From Pelagomonas calceolata (taxonomy: Eukaryota), in NCBI GenBank assembly GCA_918797485.1, contig CAKKNE010000005.1:3968001-4032000 (forward strand): a DNA stretch of 64,000 nt, written 5' to 3'. Of this stretch, positions 46,001-55,965 are shown piece by piece. Below the pieces are notes generated by a model, which ran no database searches, was not told the origin of the DNA, and saw only the letters and a program-made list of their open reading frames with translations. Made by a program: the position numbers and the translations under genes. Positions within the stretch are counted from its first letter, which is position 1, and the number at the start of each line of letters is the position of its first letter.

Positions 46001-46496
46001 ATTCCTTCGGATCCAGCGCGTAGACGCACGCCAGTGGCACTGCCAGCAACGCCCAGACTTGCAAACAGGCCAGCCGCATCCGGATCCGCCGGACGTGCAG
46101 CTCCGCGTCGACGCCGCCCCGTGCCCGCGCGCTCGCCGCGTCCAGCTCGAAGGCCTCGTGCGCCCAGGCGCGGAGGCCCGGCGCCGCGCCGACCTTGCCC
46201 TCGGGGTCCGCCGGCGCCACGACGGTGCCCGCGCCGGCGACGTAGCGCGCGAAGAGCAGCGCCATAATGCCCGTCTTAACAGTGACTTGGAAGACGACTG
46301 CGGCGAAGCCCACAATGTCGTCGGGCAGCACCTTCCCAAAGACCACGAGCCAGACGATGAGCCAGACGCACACCGCGACCAGCGCCACGGCAGCGAGGTA
46401 GAGCTTGTGGTGGCCGCGCAAGCCGGGCAGGCGGGCGGCCTGCTTTTCGCCCGGTGCCGGGGCAGCGGCGGCCGCTTCGCTGGGTGCAGCGCTCAT
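43077..46496 (-). CDS. OSCA/TMEM63/CSC1-family channel
   Basis: Multiple TMs, YAVATTGLP, AIVIFSS, PEPRDIDW, DTRGALW. Confidence 0.75.
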   Translation of the reverse strand: MSAAPSEAAAAAPAPGEKQAARLPGLRGHHKLYLAAVALVAVCVWLIVWLVVFGKVLPDDIVGFAAVVFQVTVKTGIMALLFARYVAGAGTVVAPADPEGKVGAAPGLRAWAHEAFELDAASARARGGVDAELHVRRIRMRLACLQVWALLAVPLACVYALDPKECGWFPERTWVEQEPCSGENPCCGWNERGSANAWVENEELIEANCEEQKCRQRSITTGKPNGDTYEPCCDMLGIKYDANDWSMMFDYQSTMIPQCASDWTATACHFDSIHNKCQELKLSGKECEPICLVTVKRAGWGRARSPGFDRISLENVLCREGNTATWQLWLAILALYLGHWAAYRIVDAHDEEATETIRAAAEDAPPHHYAVATTGLPEHLREPAELEAFFEGVFERPGAVVRVVPCRHLSAATRMVEALAGGAPPPPEGDAAPEAAARDAVEAADAAAAHVEQLKAAGAAPAAVAEAEARRESLKDKAARALKGLFGGDGGARGRVQAFREALKEVERADWRQALHERWEGKERQRFQRGCAKCIDGCICCCSFVGRKIQNQAASPADARRRCEEARKAVADHAAEASPDGGSAIVIFSSLESAEAAATCPLGAPDAATEVSKPTYREDKPYRKQEKRSRLIVTLETAGYYLTGLQGCGCRKSKPVPMEVTPLPEPRDIDWGELETLDQERGEKSDRMNAGRLIKLCVWFGYSAIVAVFAVNWEALCKEYAKDDAGGPSDTALLWDLLAGFVPAFFQGWLFDYVAVILYNTNRMFNSLWSESSLQASVARDYSIFFWIVAFGAYLLSVTWADISNEAWSCEGECDAAEDEDEDADVDAASFNPSVAFRLMARAVPRHAWPFAAIFLMQLGDMAADALRVVPYIKYELLKRAKVASDASLAESLEPEDADLGAPAGWEAFALLVGATFACISPFTCAVCYLYFVAAYEAGKHALCCLETMPFDTRGALWFDGVAQTHTALFIALVIQLVVLWFNFTNKGFWPVIGGIPILLMWKRYQDRCRRRHATRNLHGLARGRMPLRDGNAVDALRDGDVVRDALVHLADRDRFFEAPEVLPPRDHPVYRDALPGPPIDDATDVEARLEAVNAWLRRHDDAAAAFLERVNGTATVLGEDDIAVSDDIACGTIGCGGL

Positions 46497-46646
46497 CCTT
46501 CACGCGACCTTTCGTTGTCCTTGGGCTGCCTCTTTCTGTTGTTCTCGGACTTCGCTTGCAATCTCACCTGTCCGTAGTTTGCTGCTAGTGTGTGTGTTGT
46601 TACAGCATAACCCCCTCGCCCGCTAAGAAGGGTTTTGCGAAAGACG

Positions 46647-46668
46647 CTAGTGTCTTACATGCCGCTAG
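46647..46668 (-). promoter_or_regulatory. 22-bp CTAG-bounded element in divergent promoter
   Basis: CTAGTGTCTTACATGCCGCTAG. Confidence 0.75.
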
Positions 46669-46910
46669 CCTGGCGCGGCGCGGCCATTCGAGTCTGGGAG
46701 AGTGAGGACCCAGCAGTTTGGTGCAACGTGTTGCTGGTTACCGCTGCTCGCCAGCGCTTAAGTCTCACAAACCATAGCTGTGGCCAAAAATGCGCTGTGT
46801 CCTCACACTGATTGATGCGAGATTGGTACGTATTTGTCGTCGAACAGAATACAGCAATATAGGGATGCCTGCAGTGCAGCTGCTGTAGTGCTGCAGCAGG
46901 ACGCGTAGCC

Positions 46911-47822
46911 ATGGTGGAGAACGAGACCCTGCGCACGGTCATCAGCGGCACCGCCGGCGGCATCGCTTCGATCCTCGCTGTGCACCCCCTCGACACGGTC
47001 CGCACGCGGCTGCAGGCGGCGCCGGCGGGCGCGTACCGCGGCGCCTGGCACTGCGCGCGCGTCACAGTAAGACGGGAGGGGCCGCTCGCGCTCTACAAGG
47101 GCCTCGCCTGGCCCCTCGCGGCCCAGGGGCTCTACAAGGCCGTCATGTTCGGCGTCTACGGCGCCGCGTCCCGCGCGCTCCGGGGCGGCGACCCGGCGCG
47201 GCCGCTCGCGGCGCACGAGGTCTTCGCGGCCGGCGGCGTCGCCGGCGGCGCCAACGCCCTCGTGCTGGCGCCCGTCGAGCTGGTCCGGAACCGCTTCCAG
47301 GTCGCGGCGGGGCGGACGACGCTACGCGCCGTCCTGCGCGAGGCGGCGGCGGCGGGCGGCGTCTACCGCGGCCTCGGGGCCACGCTTCTGCGGGACGTGC
47401 CGGGCGTCGGCGCCTACTACGCGGCCTTCGAGGCCATGCGGCGGCGCGCGGTGGCGCTCCGGGGCTCGCCGAAGCTGGAGCTCGCTGCGGTGCATCAATC
47501 GAATTGTGCGGCGATGAATCGACGCGACGCCCCTGATTGATTGGCGCACAGGCTCGCCGAGCTCGCCGTCGCCGGCGCGGGCGGCGGCGTGGCGTTCTGG
47601 ACCGTGGCGCTGCCGCTGGACTTCGCGAAGACGCGCCTGCAGGTCGGCGCCGAGGCGGGCTCGGCGTCGGTCGCGGGGGTGCTCCTGGACGCGGTGCGCG
47701 CGGGCGGGCTCCGGCGGGTATACGTCGGCTACGCGTCCGCGCTCGCGCGCGGCGTGCCGGGCGCGGCGGTCGTCTTTAGCGTGTACGGGGCCGTCCACGA
47801 GCGGCTCGGTGGTGGTTCGTGA
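46911..47822 (+). CDS. Mitochondrial carrier (SLC25, carnitine/basic amino acid carrier-like); GC-AG intron about 47480-47551
   Basis: Three PxD/ExxK/R motifs: PLDTVRTR, PVELVRNR, PLDFAKTR; RDVPG. Confidence 0.9.
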
Positions 47823-47992
47823 ATAAGTTTGTCTTACATACTCTTGCCAGTGGATTCGTTGATATGGTGATGGGGATCAGTGCGCTCACCCGGCAGAGCG
47901 TTTTCAAACTATGACGCCGAAAGCAGGTTCGGGCGAGACGGCAGGCGCAGGGCCCTTCTTAGTGATGGTGCTAGACTTGACTTCCCATCCAG

Positions 47993-48012
47993 CTAGCGGC
48001 GTAAGACACTAG
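47993..48012 (+). promoter_or_regulatory. 20-bp CTAG-bounded element
   Basis: CTAGCGGCGTAAGACACTAG. Confidence 0.65.
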
Positions 48013-48176
48013 TCTAGCAAGCCTGCCGGCACAAAACTCGGGCCGTCTTGTCTGTCTCGGCGTCCAATTTAAGGGCTGAGCCCAGTGTACGCTGCCGTCG
48101 CAGTCAATCGATACCTGCGGCGCCGGTCGCCGCCTCCCGCAGCGGAAGCCCAAAAGCCGTCCGGGCCGTCGACGCG

Positions 48177-48851
48177 ATGACCATCCTCTACAGCCTCGTC
48201 GCGCGGGGCAAGACCGTGCTGAGCGAGTTCACGTTCACGAGCGGCAACTTCCCGACGATCACGCGACTCTTATTGGCGAAGATCGATTGTGGTAGAGACG
48301 GCAAGGTGTCGTACGTCTACGACCAGTACGTCTTCCACTACCTCTGCGACGACGGGATACTGTACCTCTGCATGTGCGACGACGACCAGCACCAGAAGAG
48401 GCGGATTCCCTTCGCGTTTTTAGATGACATCAAGCAAAGATTTCTGGACGCGCACGGCGACGAGCGCCACACGGCCATCGCCTTCGCGATGAACCACGAA
48501 TTTTCTCGAGTTCTGAGGCGGCAGATGGACGTCTTCAACGGGCCCATGGCCACGGAGTCGCAGTTTTCCGATGTCAGAGGCAAGCTCGACGACGTCAAAG
48601 ACGTCATGGTCAAGAACATCGAGATGGTCTTGGAGCGGGGCGAGAAGCTGGAGTTGCTCGTGGACAAGACCGATAGATTGAACGCGACGGCCTTTACCTT
48701 CGAGCGGTCCTCGCGCCGGTTGAAGGAGCAGATGTTCTGGAAGAAGGTGAAGTTATATTTGACCTTCTTATCCTTGGCGGGCTTCGTCATTTTCATACTC
48801 GTGTGGATCGCGTGCGGCGCGGACTTCGGCAAGTGCCGGAAAGAGAAGTGA
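48177..48851 (+). CDS. VAMP7: Longin R-SNARE VAMP7
   Basis: ILYSLVARG, RIPFAFL, NIEMVLERGEKLELLVDKT, C-terminal TM. Confidence 0.93.
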   Translation: MTILYSLVARGKTVLSEFTFTSGNFPTITRLLLAKIDCGRDGKVSYVYDQYVFHYLCDDGILYLCMCDDDQHQKRRIPFAFLDDIKQRFLDAHGDERHTAIAFAMNHEFSRVLRRQMDVFNGPMATESQFSDVRGKLDDVKDVMVKNIEMVLERGEKLELLVDKTDRLNATAFTFERSSRRLKEQMFWKKVKLYLTFLSLAGFVIFILVWIACGADFGKCRKEK

Positions 48852-48972
48852 GTGAGCGGCGATGATAGACGCTCCCACGAGGCATCGCTGTGCGGGCTAA
48901 TTATGTATGTAAATCCACTAGTAGAAACGCCCCTTTCTGCACTCCAAGAGCCAGGGAAGACTACTAGTACAG

Positions 48973-50350
48973 TTACTCATACAACGCTGCCAGCCGCCGG
49001 ATCGCCGCCGCCGCGGGCGCGCCGAGGTCCCGCGGGCAACAGAGCCGCTCGTCGAGGTCGCGTGCCATTGTGGCCGCGTCCTCGTCTAGAGCGAGTACGT
49101 GGGCTTCATCTATGAGCCCGGCGACGACGCCGCGCAGACCGGCCTCGATGGTGTCGGCGTCACCTACTCCGCGGCGCACCGCGTCGTCCCGAATGGCATC
49201 CCTTCGCCTTAATATGGTCGCGGCCGCCTCCTCGTCGGGGCTCGGCGCGACCCAGGGCCGATCGGCCGCGTACGCCGCCCACGTCTCGGCCCCGCGTGCC
49301 GAGGCGGCGGCATCGCTCGCCGCCGTCCTGTCGTCGGGATTCGTCTCGGGCACGCTCCCGCCGTTCCCAAACCCGGTCTGCGACAGGACCTTGGCCCAGG
49401 ACGCCGCGTTGCCGCGCACCCGACAGCCATATGCAGGTATCGTAGACCTGTGTGGAAATCAACCGGTGAGTTAGGTTATCGAAGCTCCACGCCATCGAGC
49501 TGCTGCAGCCACGGGGACGACGTCGCGTCGATGGCGTAGAATCCCCACGCCATCGAGCAGATGCACAGTTACGGGGACGACGTCGCGTCGATGATTTCCA
49601 CGCAGTCGTGGACTCCATCGCGTCGTACCAGCGGCTCAGATTAGGATAGCGCGTCGTGTCGCGCGGCCTTAGGCCGTCGTGCAAAAGCGGCAGCTGCGCC
49701 GCGTATCGTTCTAGGAAGGGCGCCCAGCACACGTCCGGTGCGGTGGGGCTCGCGCCGGCGAAGAACGGTCCGCCGCGCTCGCCAAGTAACGCATCCGTCT
49801 TCTCGAGCGTCGCCTCGAAATCGCGGCGCGCCACGGGCTGGCCGGAGCTGCGGAAGAGGAACGCAGCACGCGAGGATGGCCGCGTCATCCGCGGGAAGAT
49901 CTCTTTGAACGCGCCGATGAGGGCCGCCGAGTGCTCGTCGAAGAGCGGCGGCTCCGACGGATAGCGCTCGTCCAAATCTTTGAGGATGTCGAGCGACTCG
50001 CCCTGGTCCGTGCCGTCGGCCCAGCGAATCCTTGGTGTGGTGCTTTCGAACCAGCTCGGCCGCGCGCCGCCCGTGTTGTCGATCAGGACCGTTTCGTACG
50101 CCACGTTTTTTGTCTCGAGCCCGAGCCACACGCGTTCGGAGTAGGGACACCACCCATTGCGCTCTCGATATAAAACCACGGTGTCTTCAGAAAGCGGCGG
50201 CCGCTTTTGCCGGTGATTTACCGCGTCAATGATCGTTGGTTCGTCCCTGGCAGCTGAGGGTAGAGTCTTGGAGAGGGCGGACCAGGATGGAGGCTGCAGT
50301 GCTGCGGCGTGAGCCAGCAGCAGCAGTACTGCACAGGGCTTGCAAGCCAT
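48973..50350 (-). CDS. Glutathione S-transferase-like protein (intron 49613-49448)
   Basis: LYRERNGWCPYSERVW, GESLDI, GPFFAG..PTAPD..WAPFLER; splice gives DAME|STIPAYGCRVRG. Confidence 0.85.
49448..49613 (-). mobile_element. Introner intron (166 nt)
   Basis: TSD GTCCACGA/GTCTACGA; TIRs CTGCGTGGAAATCA / TGATTTCCACACAG. Confidence 0.9.
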
Positions 50351-50473
50351 GCTTGCACTGCAGTGCCCAGTAGTGCGAGACTGCAGCGATGCTTGTAGCA
50401 GTGCAGTGTGCTAGTGCGAGACCCGCAGCGCGCTTCAATGCCTCTCCATGTCTGGCAGGGTGCTTCCCAGGGG

Positions 50474-50495
50474 CTAGTGTCTTACAGGACGCTAG
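50474..50495 (-). promoter_or_regulatory. 22-bp CTAG-bounded element in divergent promoter
   Basis: CTAGTGTCTTACAGGACGCTAG. Confidence 0.7.
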
Positions 50496-50666
50496 GCTCG
50501 ACTTTTGTGAGTAGTGAGATTAAGGGACCCCCGTGAGCCCGCGGAACGGTATCAGACTCGTCCGGTAATCTGATCCGTCGGATCCGGCACCAGAGCTGAC
50601 GCATTTCAGGAGGGATTGAGGCTTCATAGGCCAAAAACCTCGAATTGCTCAAGTGGTTGAAGGATC

Positions 50667-51623
50667 ATGCTGCTGCGCGCCGTTGGTCGAAAGTTCTCTC
50701 TCTCTGGTCGAATCGGCCGCCGCCGGCTTTGTACGTCACAGCCCGGTGTGGTGGCCGCCGCGGCCTGGGCCGAGCTCCAGGACGAAGCGCGCGCGGCGCT
50801 GTCGACGCCCGCGTACGCTCGCTTCGGCATGGATCGCTTCCTCTTCGGCGAGGTACTCACGCACGGGTCGCTCGCCGAGGCGCTCGCGCACGAGCTCGGC
50901 TCGAAGTTCACGGCGAACGACACGGACAAGCAGGTCCGCTTCGAGGAGCTGCTCCTCCACGCGTTTACCGAGGACCCGACGCTCGCGGACGCGGCGGCGG
51001 CAGATATGAGGCGCTTCGTCGAGGTCGACCCGGCGTCCGACGGCATCCTCGACGTCCTGCTCTTCTTCAAGGGCTTCCAGGCGGTGCAGTGCGCGCGCGC
51101 CGCGAACTATTACTGGCGCGAGGCGAACGGCGAGGGCCGGGCGATCGCGAAGCTCCTGCAGAGCGAGATGGCGGACGTCTTCGGCGTCGACATCCACCCG
51201 GGCGCCGTGTTCGGCCGCGGCGTCACCATCGACCACGCGACGGGCGTGGTCATCGGTGTGGAAATCAAAAGTTTTACGGCGCGTTCGTCGACCTCCACAC
51301 CATCGACGCGACGCCTGCTCGATGGCACACAGGTCGTCATCGGCGAGACGGCGGTGATCGGCGACAACGTCTCGATCATGCACGACGTCACGCTGGGCGC
51401 GACCGGCACATCGCCGGACCACGACCGGCACCCGAAGGTCGGGAACGACGTGCTCATCTGCGCGGGCTCCAAGGTGCTCGGGAACATCGAGATCAGCGAC
51501 GGCGCCGTCGTGGCCGCGTCCGCGGTCGTCAACAAGCCGGTCGCCGCGGGGCACACGGCCGTCGGCATCCCGGCGAGGCACCTCCCGCCGCGGGCCAAGA
51601 AGGTCCGAAAGCAGGAGCTCTAG
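50667..51623 (+). CDS. cysE: Serine O-acetyltransferase paralogue with mitochondrial-type presequence (intron 51246-51332)
   Basis: DPAS..LLFFKGFQA, GVDIHPGA, DHATG|VVIGETA, VTLGATG, DRHPKVG. Confidence 0.93.
   Translation: MLLRAVGRKFSLSGRIGRRRLCTSQPGVVAAAAWAELQDEARAALSTPAYARFGMDRFLFGEVLTHGSLAEALAHELGSKFTANDTDKQVRFEELLLHAFTEDPTLADAAAADMRRFVEVDPASDGILDVLLFFKGFQAVQCARAANYYWREANGEGRAIAKLLQSEMADVFGVDIHPGAVFGRGVTIDHATGVVIGVEIKSFTARSSTSTPSTRRLLDGTQVVIGETAVIGDNVSIMHDVTLGATGTSPDHDRHPKVGNDVLICAGSKVLGNIEISDGAVVAASAVVNKPVAAGHTAVGIPARHLPPRAKKVRKQEL
51246..51332 (+). mobile_element. Introner intron (87 nt, in frame, no stop)
   Basis: TSD GTGGTCAT/GTCGTCAT; CGGTGTGGAAATC...CACACAG. Confidence 0.85.
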
Positions 51624-51647
51624 AATCTAGGTAAACTTAGCACATCT

Positions 51648-53198
51648 TCACACAGAAGAAGACTCGACCGCCGCGTAGTCGCGGCGACGATTGCGGCGCC
51701 ACCGAAGGTACGCGCCCAGCGGCAGACATACGAGAGCGGCGACGACGGCCCACCGCGAACCGAGGACCTCGAAGCGCGACCCGGCGGGCACCCCGCAACC
51801 GTCCGCGTCGCAGCCCCGGATCGGCGCGAAGCCCACCCGCGGAGACGCGCCCATGTCGTGGGCCACGTAGTAGCTCTCGAAGAGCGACTGGCCGAGGATG
51901 ACGTTGCGGCCCTCCTCGATGGGGCCGACGGAGAAGAAGTAGGCGTCCTCCTTGCGCGGCGGCGCCTCCGCGGCGCAATAGCTCGTCTTCGGGACGCGGT
52001 TGACGTAGCGACACGCCGGCATCGTCAGCACGACATCATCTCCCTCCGTCGCCAGGGACACTGTCAGCTCTGGCAGAGATGATAGGTCCAGCTTCGACGC
52101 ATCCACGCAGGCCTCGCCCTTCCAGAACGCACGCGGCACGTCCGGCGCCGCCGCAGATAACGTCGCGACGGCCGCGTCGAAGGCCCGCTTCGGCAGGACC
52201 AGGCCGGAAGTGCCGGAATCCACTATAGACTGGTCCGTCCCGTCGGCGTACGCGTCGATCGCGGCGACGTCGGCCGGCAGCACGTCGGCGGCGCCGAACC
52301 GGATGGACGTCGCGCGCACGGCCCAGTAGGGCCGTTTGGTGATAGGCACCCACTGGATGGCGCCGTAGAAGCGCCTTGCATCAAAGCCGCCGACGTCGAG
52401 CGCGCCGCCGCCGCCGCGGCCCCGGTCGAAGCCGCAGCACCTGTGTGGAAATCAAAATTTTACGGCGCGTTCGTGCTGAATCATCGCGTCGTCCTCCACG
52501 CCATCGACGCGACGCCTCCTCGATGGCGTGGCGATGCCGGTTCCTCGCCGCTCGACCGAGCCAGGACGGCCGCGTCATTGCCGCGAAATGACTTAGTGAA
52601 GAATTGTTGCACCCGACGCACTTGTTGATTTCCACACAGCGCAGCACTGCAGGCCGAACACGGGGTCCACGTCCGCGTGCGTCGCGAAGAGCACGTCGAG
52701 CAACGGCGGCGAGCCCGCGGTGAGCCCGACCTCGCCGGCCGTGAGGCCGACGATGCCCTGCATGTAGTTGTGCGGCTGCGTCATGTGGCGCGGCGACGTC
52801 GCGTCCTCCTCGGGCGTGCGCTCGCAGGTCGTCATGGCCTTTTGTTTTTGGTAGGCGCCGAACTTGTAATTCGTGACGTTGTACGCGCCGAGCGTCACCG
52901 TCGCCTCGCACACAACGCCGGACCAAAATCCGCTGCCGTAGACGACCTTGATAGGTCCGCCGTCGCAGGCCGACGAGTCGTAAAAGAGGTCGCAACCAAT
53001 GGTTTCGTTGCCCGCGACGCCGACGAGCGCGCTGCCCGTGTCCACGTTCAAGCTGAACGGTCCTTGGCCGTCAATATAAACAGGTGTAGTATAATCGTCC
53101 GCGTTGTCGCCTTTGAGCGGCGTCGTCGACAGCGCCGACGCGTGGCGGTGCTTGCGCAGCTGAAGCGAGGTTGCGGGTGGCAAGATCGATGGCGTCAT
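51648..53198 (-). CDS. A1-family aspartic protease with C-terminal TM (BACE-like); intron 52647-52441; start uncertain
   Basis: VDTGS and IVDSGT catalytic motifs, YGSG flap, ILG, VGFA. Confidence 0.85.
52441..52647 (-). mobile_element. Introner intron (207 nt)
   Basis: Perfect TSD GTGCTGCG; TIRs CTGTGTGGAAATCAA at both ends. Confidence 0.93.
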
Positions 53199-53543
53199 TG
53201 CGGAGTCTTGGTCGTCACACCGCGGCGAGCTTGCTGCAGCGATGTGTGGTGTGGCACAGCTGCTGTCTCCGCTGCCTCTATTAGTGCGCCCGCTACGCAG
53301 CGCGCTGTGTGAGGCGTTGTCGCAGTACCCTGGAGCGACGTTTTGACAAGTTTCGGCAGATCCTGCGCGAAAGCCGTCACTGTGATGATTTTGCTCTGCC
53401 AAAATAGCAAATGGCTCTCAGCCCCACGAGCCCAACCTAGCCACCAGATCGACGAAACAATGCTGCGGTGACGATTCTAATGGAACCAACGCCGTGAGAC
53501 CAGCGCTGAGATAGTTAAGGCCGGCACGCCAGCGTTCAGGCTC

Positions 53544-54020
53544 ATGGCAGCAACAACACTTTTGCATCGATTTCTCCTCATATGCGCGGCCACGGCTTTC
53601 AACAGGCCACATGATCATTGGTCTCACCGCCTGCTACATTTACGCGCAGCGCTGAGCCCTACCGAGGCCCACGAAAACATACAAACGGTCTACGACGGCG
53701 TCATCGACGTGCGCATGAGCGCCGAACACCGCCTGGAGGGGCGCATCGTCGACAGTATTTGTATACCGGCGCAGCTCTGGGAACACGGCATGTACCTGCC
53801 GAGGCATGCGTTCGTGCCCGACGTATTGGAGCAATTCGAGACCGACTGCTGCCTCCTGTGCGTCTGCGGCGACGGCCGGAGATCGGAGCTCGCGGCGCAA
53901 CAGCTCGCGGCCGCCGGATTTTCGGTAGACTACATCGACGGCGGTCTCAACGCCTGGGCCGAGCAGTCCCTCGAACTAGAGATTGAGGACGACGGCGGAT
54001 TGGTTGGGAGCTATGTGTAA
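53544..54020 (+). CDS. Single-domain rhodanese, plastid-targeting-like N-terminus
   Basis: VIDVR, CVCGDGRRS active-site loop, IDGGLNAW; signal ending ATA-F. Confidence 0.85.
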   Translation: MAATTLLHRFLLICAATAFNRPHDHWSHRLLHLRAALSPTEAHENIQTVYDGVIDVRMSAEHRLEGRIVDSICIPAQLWEHGMYLPRHAFVPDVLEQFETDCCLLCVCGDGRRSELAAQQLAAAGFSVDYIDGGLNAWAEQSLELEIEDDGGLVGSYV

Positions 54021-54035
54021 ACAATTAACCAAAAT

Positions 54036-54968
54036 TTACTCCTCGATGCCCTCGTCGACGAGGGGCTCGTCGAAGGTCCATCGCTCGAAGTCGAGCGACC
54101 GGAGGACGCCTTTCTTCGACTTCGAAGGCCACTTGAAAATGAACTCGCCCGCGTCCTCGGTATACGTGCCCTCGATCCGTGACGGGCCGTCCACGTACGT
54201 GAACTTGGCGTCGCCCACCAGCGTCAATTGACAAGCACCACAGGAGAACACGCGCCGCGGCAGGTACAAATAGAGAGATATGCCGCCGACGACCTCGCGC
54301 CGGTCCGGGGCCCAGCCAGGCACGGCGAAGGTGTAGGCGACGACGGTGACGTTCCGCAGCGCGGCGAGCCGCGGCGCGATCGTTTTCAGACCGGACGGCA
54401 CGAGGTAGAGGAAGATCTTCGTGGCGCGGTCCAGCGGCTCGGCGAGCGCGTCTCCCTGAATGATGCGGGCCCCGGCGAGGCCCGCCACGGCCTCCGTCGC
54501 GCGTTTCGCGAGCGCGGCGTCGAGCTCGACGCCGACCGCCTCGGCGCCGCGCCGCGCCGCCGCAACCACAAAACGCCCGTCGCCGCAGCCGACGTCGTAG
54601 ACCACGTCCCCTTCCCCAACATCCAGCAGCTCCAGCGCTTTGGCGACGGCGGCTTCTGGCGTCGGGTTGAACGGCGCGAGCTCGTTCCGCGACGCGCTCG
54701 GCGTCGCCGCCGGCGCCTTGCGTCGATCGACTCTCCCGCGCAGCAGCGCCTGGAAGGCCGTCGCGCGTTTGACGTCGGCTCGGATGACGGCGTCGAGCCT
54801 TTGAACGCTCGCGTCGTCGAGGACGTCGGCGCCCTGAGCTTCCCGGTCCCAGAGCTCGCGCGCGGCGAGCGGCGTCAGCACGCTCGTCGTGCCGGGCGGC
54901 CCGACGGCGGCGCCCTTGGAGGCGACCCAGGCGTCGAAGGTCGTTTGGGCTGCTACTTGGGCGCTCAT
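54036..54968 (-). CDS. Class I SAM-dependent methyltransferase (FAM173-like)
   Basis: APFNPTP, VYDVGCGDGR, GVELD, IFLYL, YTFAVPGW. Confidence 0.8.
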   Translation of the reverse strand: MSAQVAAQTTFDAWVASKGAAVGPPGTTSVLTPLAARELWDREAQGADVLDDASVQRLDAVIRADVKRATAFQALLRGRVDRRKAPAATPSASRNELAPFNPTPEAAVAKALELLDVGEGDVVYDVGCGDGRFVVAAARRGAEAVGVELDAALAKRATEAVAGLAGARIIQGDALAEPLDRATKIFLYLVPSGLKTIAPRLAALRNVTVVAYTFAVPGWAPDRREVVGGISLYLYLPRRVFSCGACQLTLVGDAKFTYVDGPSRIEGTYTEDAGEFIFKWPSKSKKGVLRSLDFERWTFDEPLVDEGIEE

Positions 54969-55180
54969 TCGGCTCGGTCTCTTGCACCGGTCCGCGGTTG
55001 TGCGGCTGTGGATCTGCTGTGGCGCCTGGGGTGCTTATGGATAACTTCGATATGGCTTTGCCTAGAGTATGGCTGCCTGGACGTGCCTGCGCTTGCAACG
55101 ATGTGGCTTTGCCTTTACGTGCCTGTGCTGCAATTAAGCTATGCGGTGTGGTGCTGCAAAAAAGCGGCAAAACGCCGGTG

Positions 55181-55202
55181 CTAGCGTACACAGACACACT
55201 AG
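55181..55202 (+). promoter_or_regulatory. 22-bp CTAG-bounded element (variant)
   Basis: CTAGCGTACACAGACACACTAG. Confidence 0.6.
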
Positions 55203-55266
55203 GAAAAACAACAAAGCGCTGTGCCGTCGGGCTGCCCCCGCCCCATCAGCAGTCGCCCAGAGAAGG

Positions 55267-55875
55267 ATGGGCAACGACGTCGCCAAGAACTGCGCGAACC
55301 GCATGGCCATCGGCGCCATGTCCAACGTGACGGACCTGGAGCGGCCGGTCATCCAGCGCATGTCCGAGAAGCTGGCCGATATTGCTAAAAGAGAGGGTTC
55401 CAAAGATCTCGTGACGAAGGAGGAGTTCGGGGAGGCCCTGAACGGTTTGGAGATCACGCAGAGCGACCGGGACATCCTGGATCGCATCTTCGTCATGCTC
55501 GACCGCACGGGCGAAGACAGGATCAACCACAAGGAGTTCATCGTCGGCATCGTGCCCTTCGCGCTGGGCAAGACGGAAGAACTGATCCAGATGGCCTTCG
55601 AGCTGTTTACGAACAACGCGTCGGATCGCGTGACGCCGATGGATTTGAGATTTATATTGATGACGCTGAACACGGTGGCGTCGTATTTTGGGGATCCGGT
55701 CATGACCGTGGCGCAGGTCGACAAGGTCGTGGACGACGCGGCGGACAAGCTCGACCCGCCGCCCAAATCGGGCGAGCTGCTCATGGCCGAGCTGTCGCCG
55801 TACGTAGCCGACCACGAGTTCGTCCACGAGTTCGTCGAGGGCAAGGGGACCTCGCGCTACGGGAATAAGTTGTAG
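55267..55875 (+). CDS. EF-hand calcium sensor (calcineurin B/NCS-like), possibly myristoylated
   Basis: MGN start; IFVMLDRTGEDRINHKEF; MAFELF. Confidence 0.75.
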   Translation: MGNDVAKNCANRMAIGAMSNVTDLERPVIQRMSEKLADIAKREGSKDLVTKEEFGEALNGLEITQSDRDILDRIFVMLDRTGEDRINHKEFIVGIVPFALGKTEELIQMAFELFTNNASDRVTPMDLRFILMTLNTVASYFGDPVMTVAQVDKVVDDAADKLDPPPKSGELLMAELSPYVADHEFVHEFVEGKGTSRYGNKL

Positions 55876-55965
55876 TCCACAGGCTCCTGGCTAGGCTGGT
55901 GGTATCTCCCGCGAACTTGAAGAGATCCGCGAAGCCCGCCGGGAAATTACTAGTACAAGACAAGT

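Noticed and set aside
47905..47945. ATGA...AAA...GA as a possible SECIS element
   Set aside because: Stem after ATGA is only about 4 bp and the nearby in-frame TGA (47538) lies in a removable intron
50520..50640. Possible structured leader or riboswitch upstream of the second SAT
   Set aside because: No TPP or other riboswitch consensus recognised
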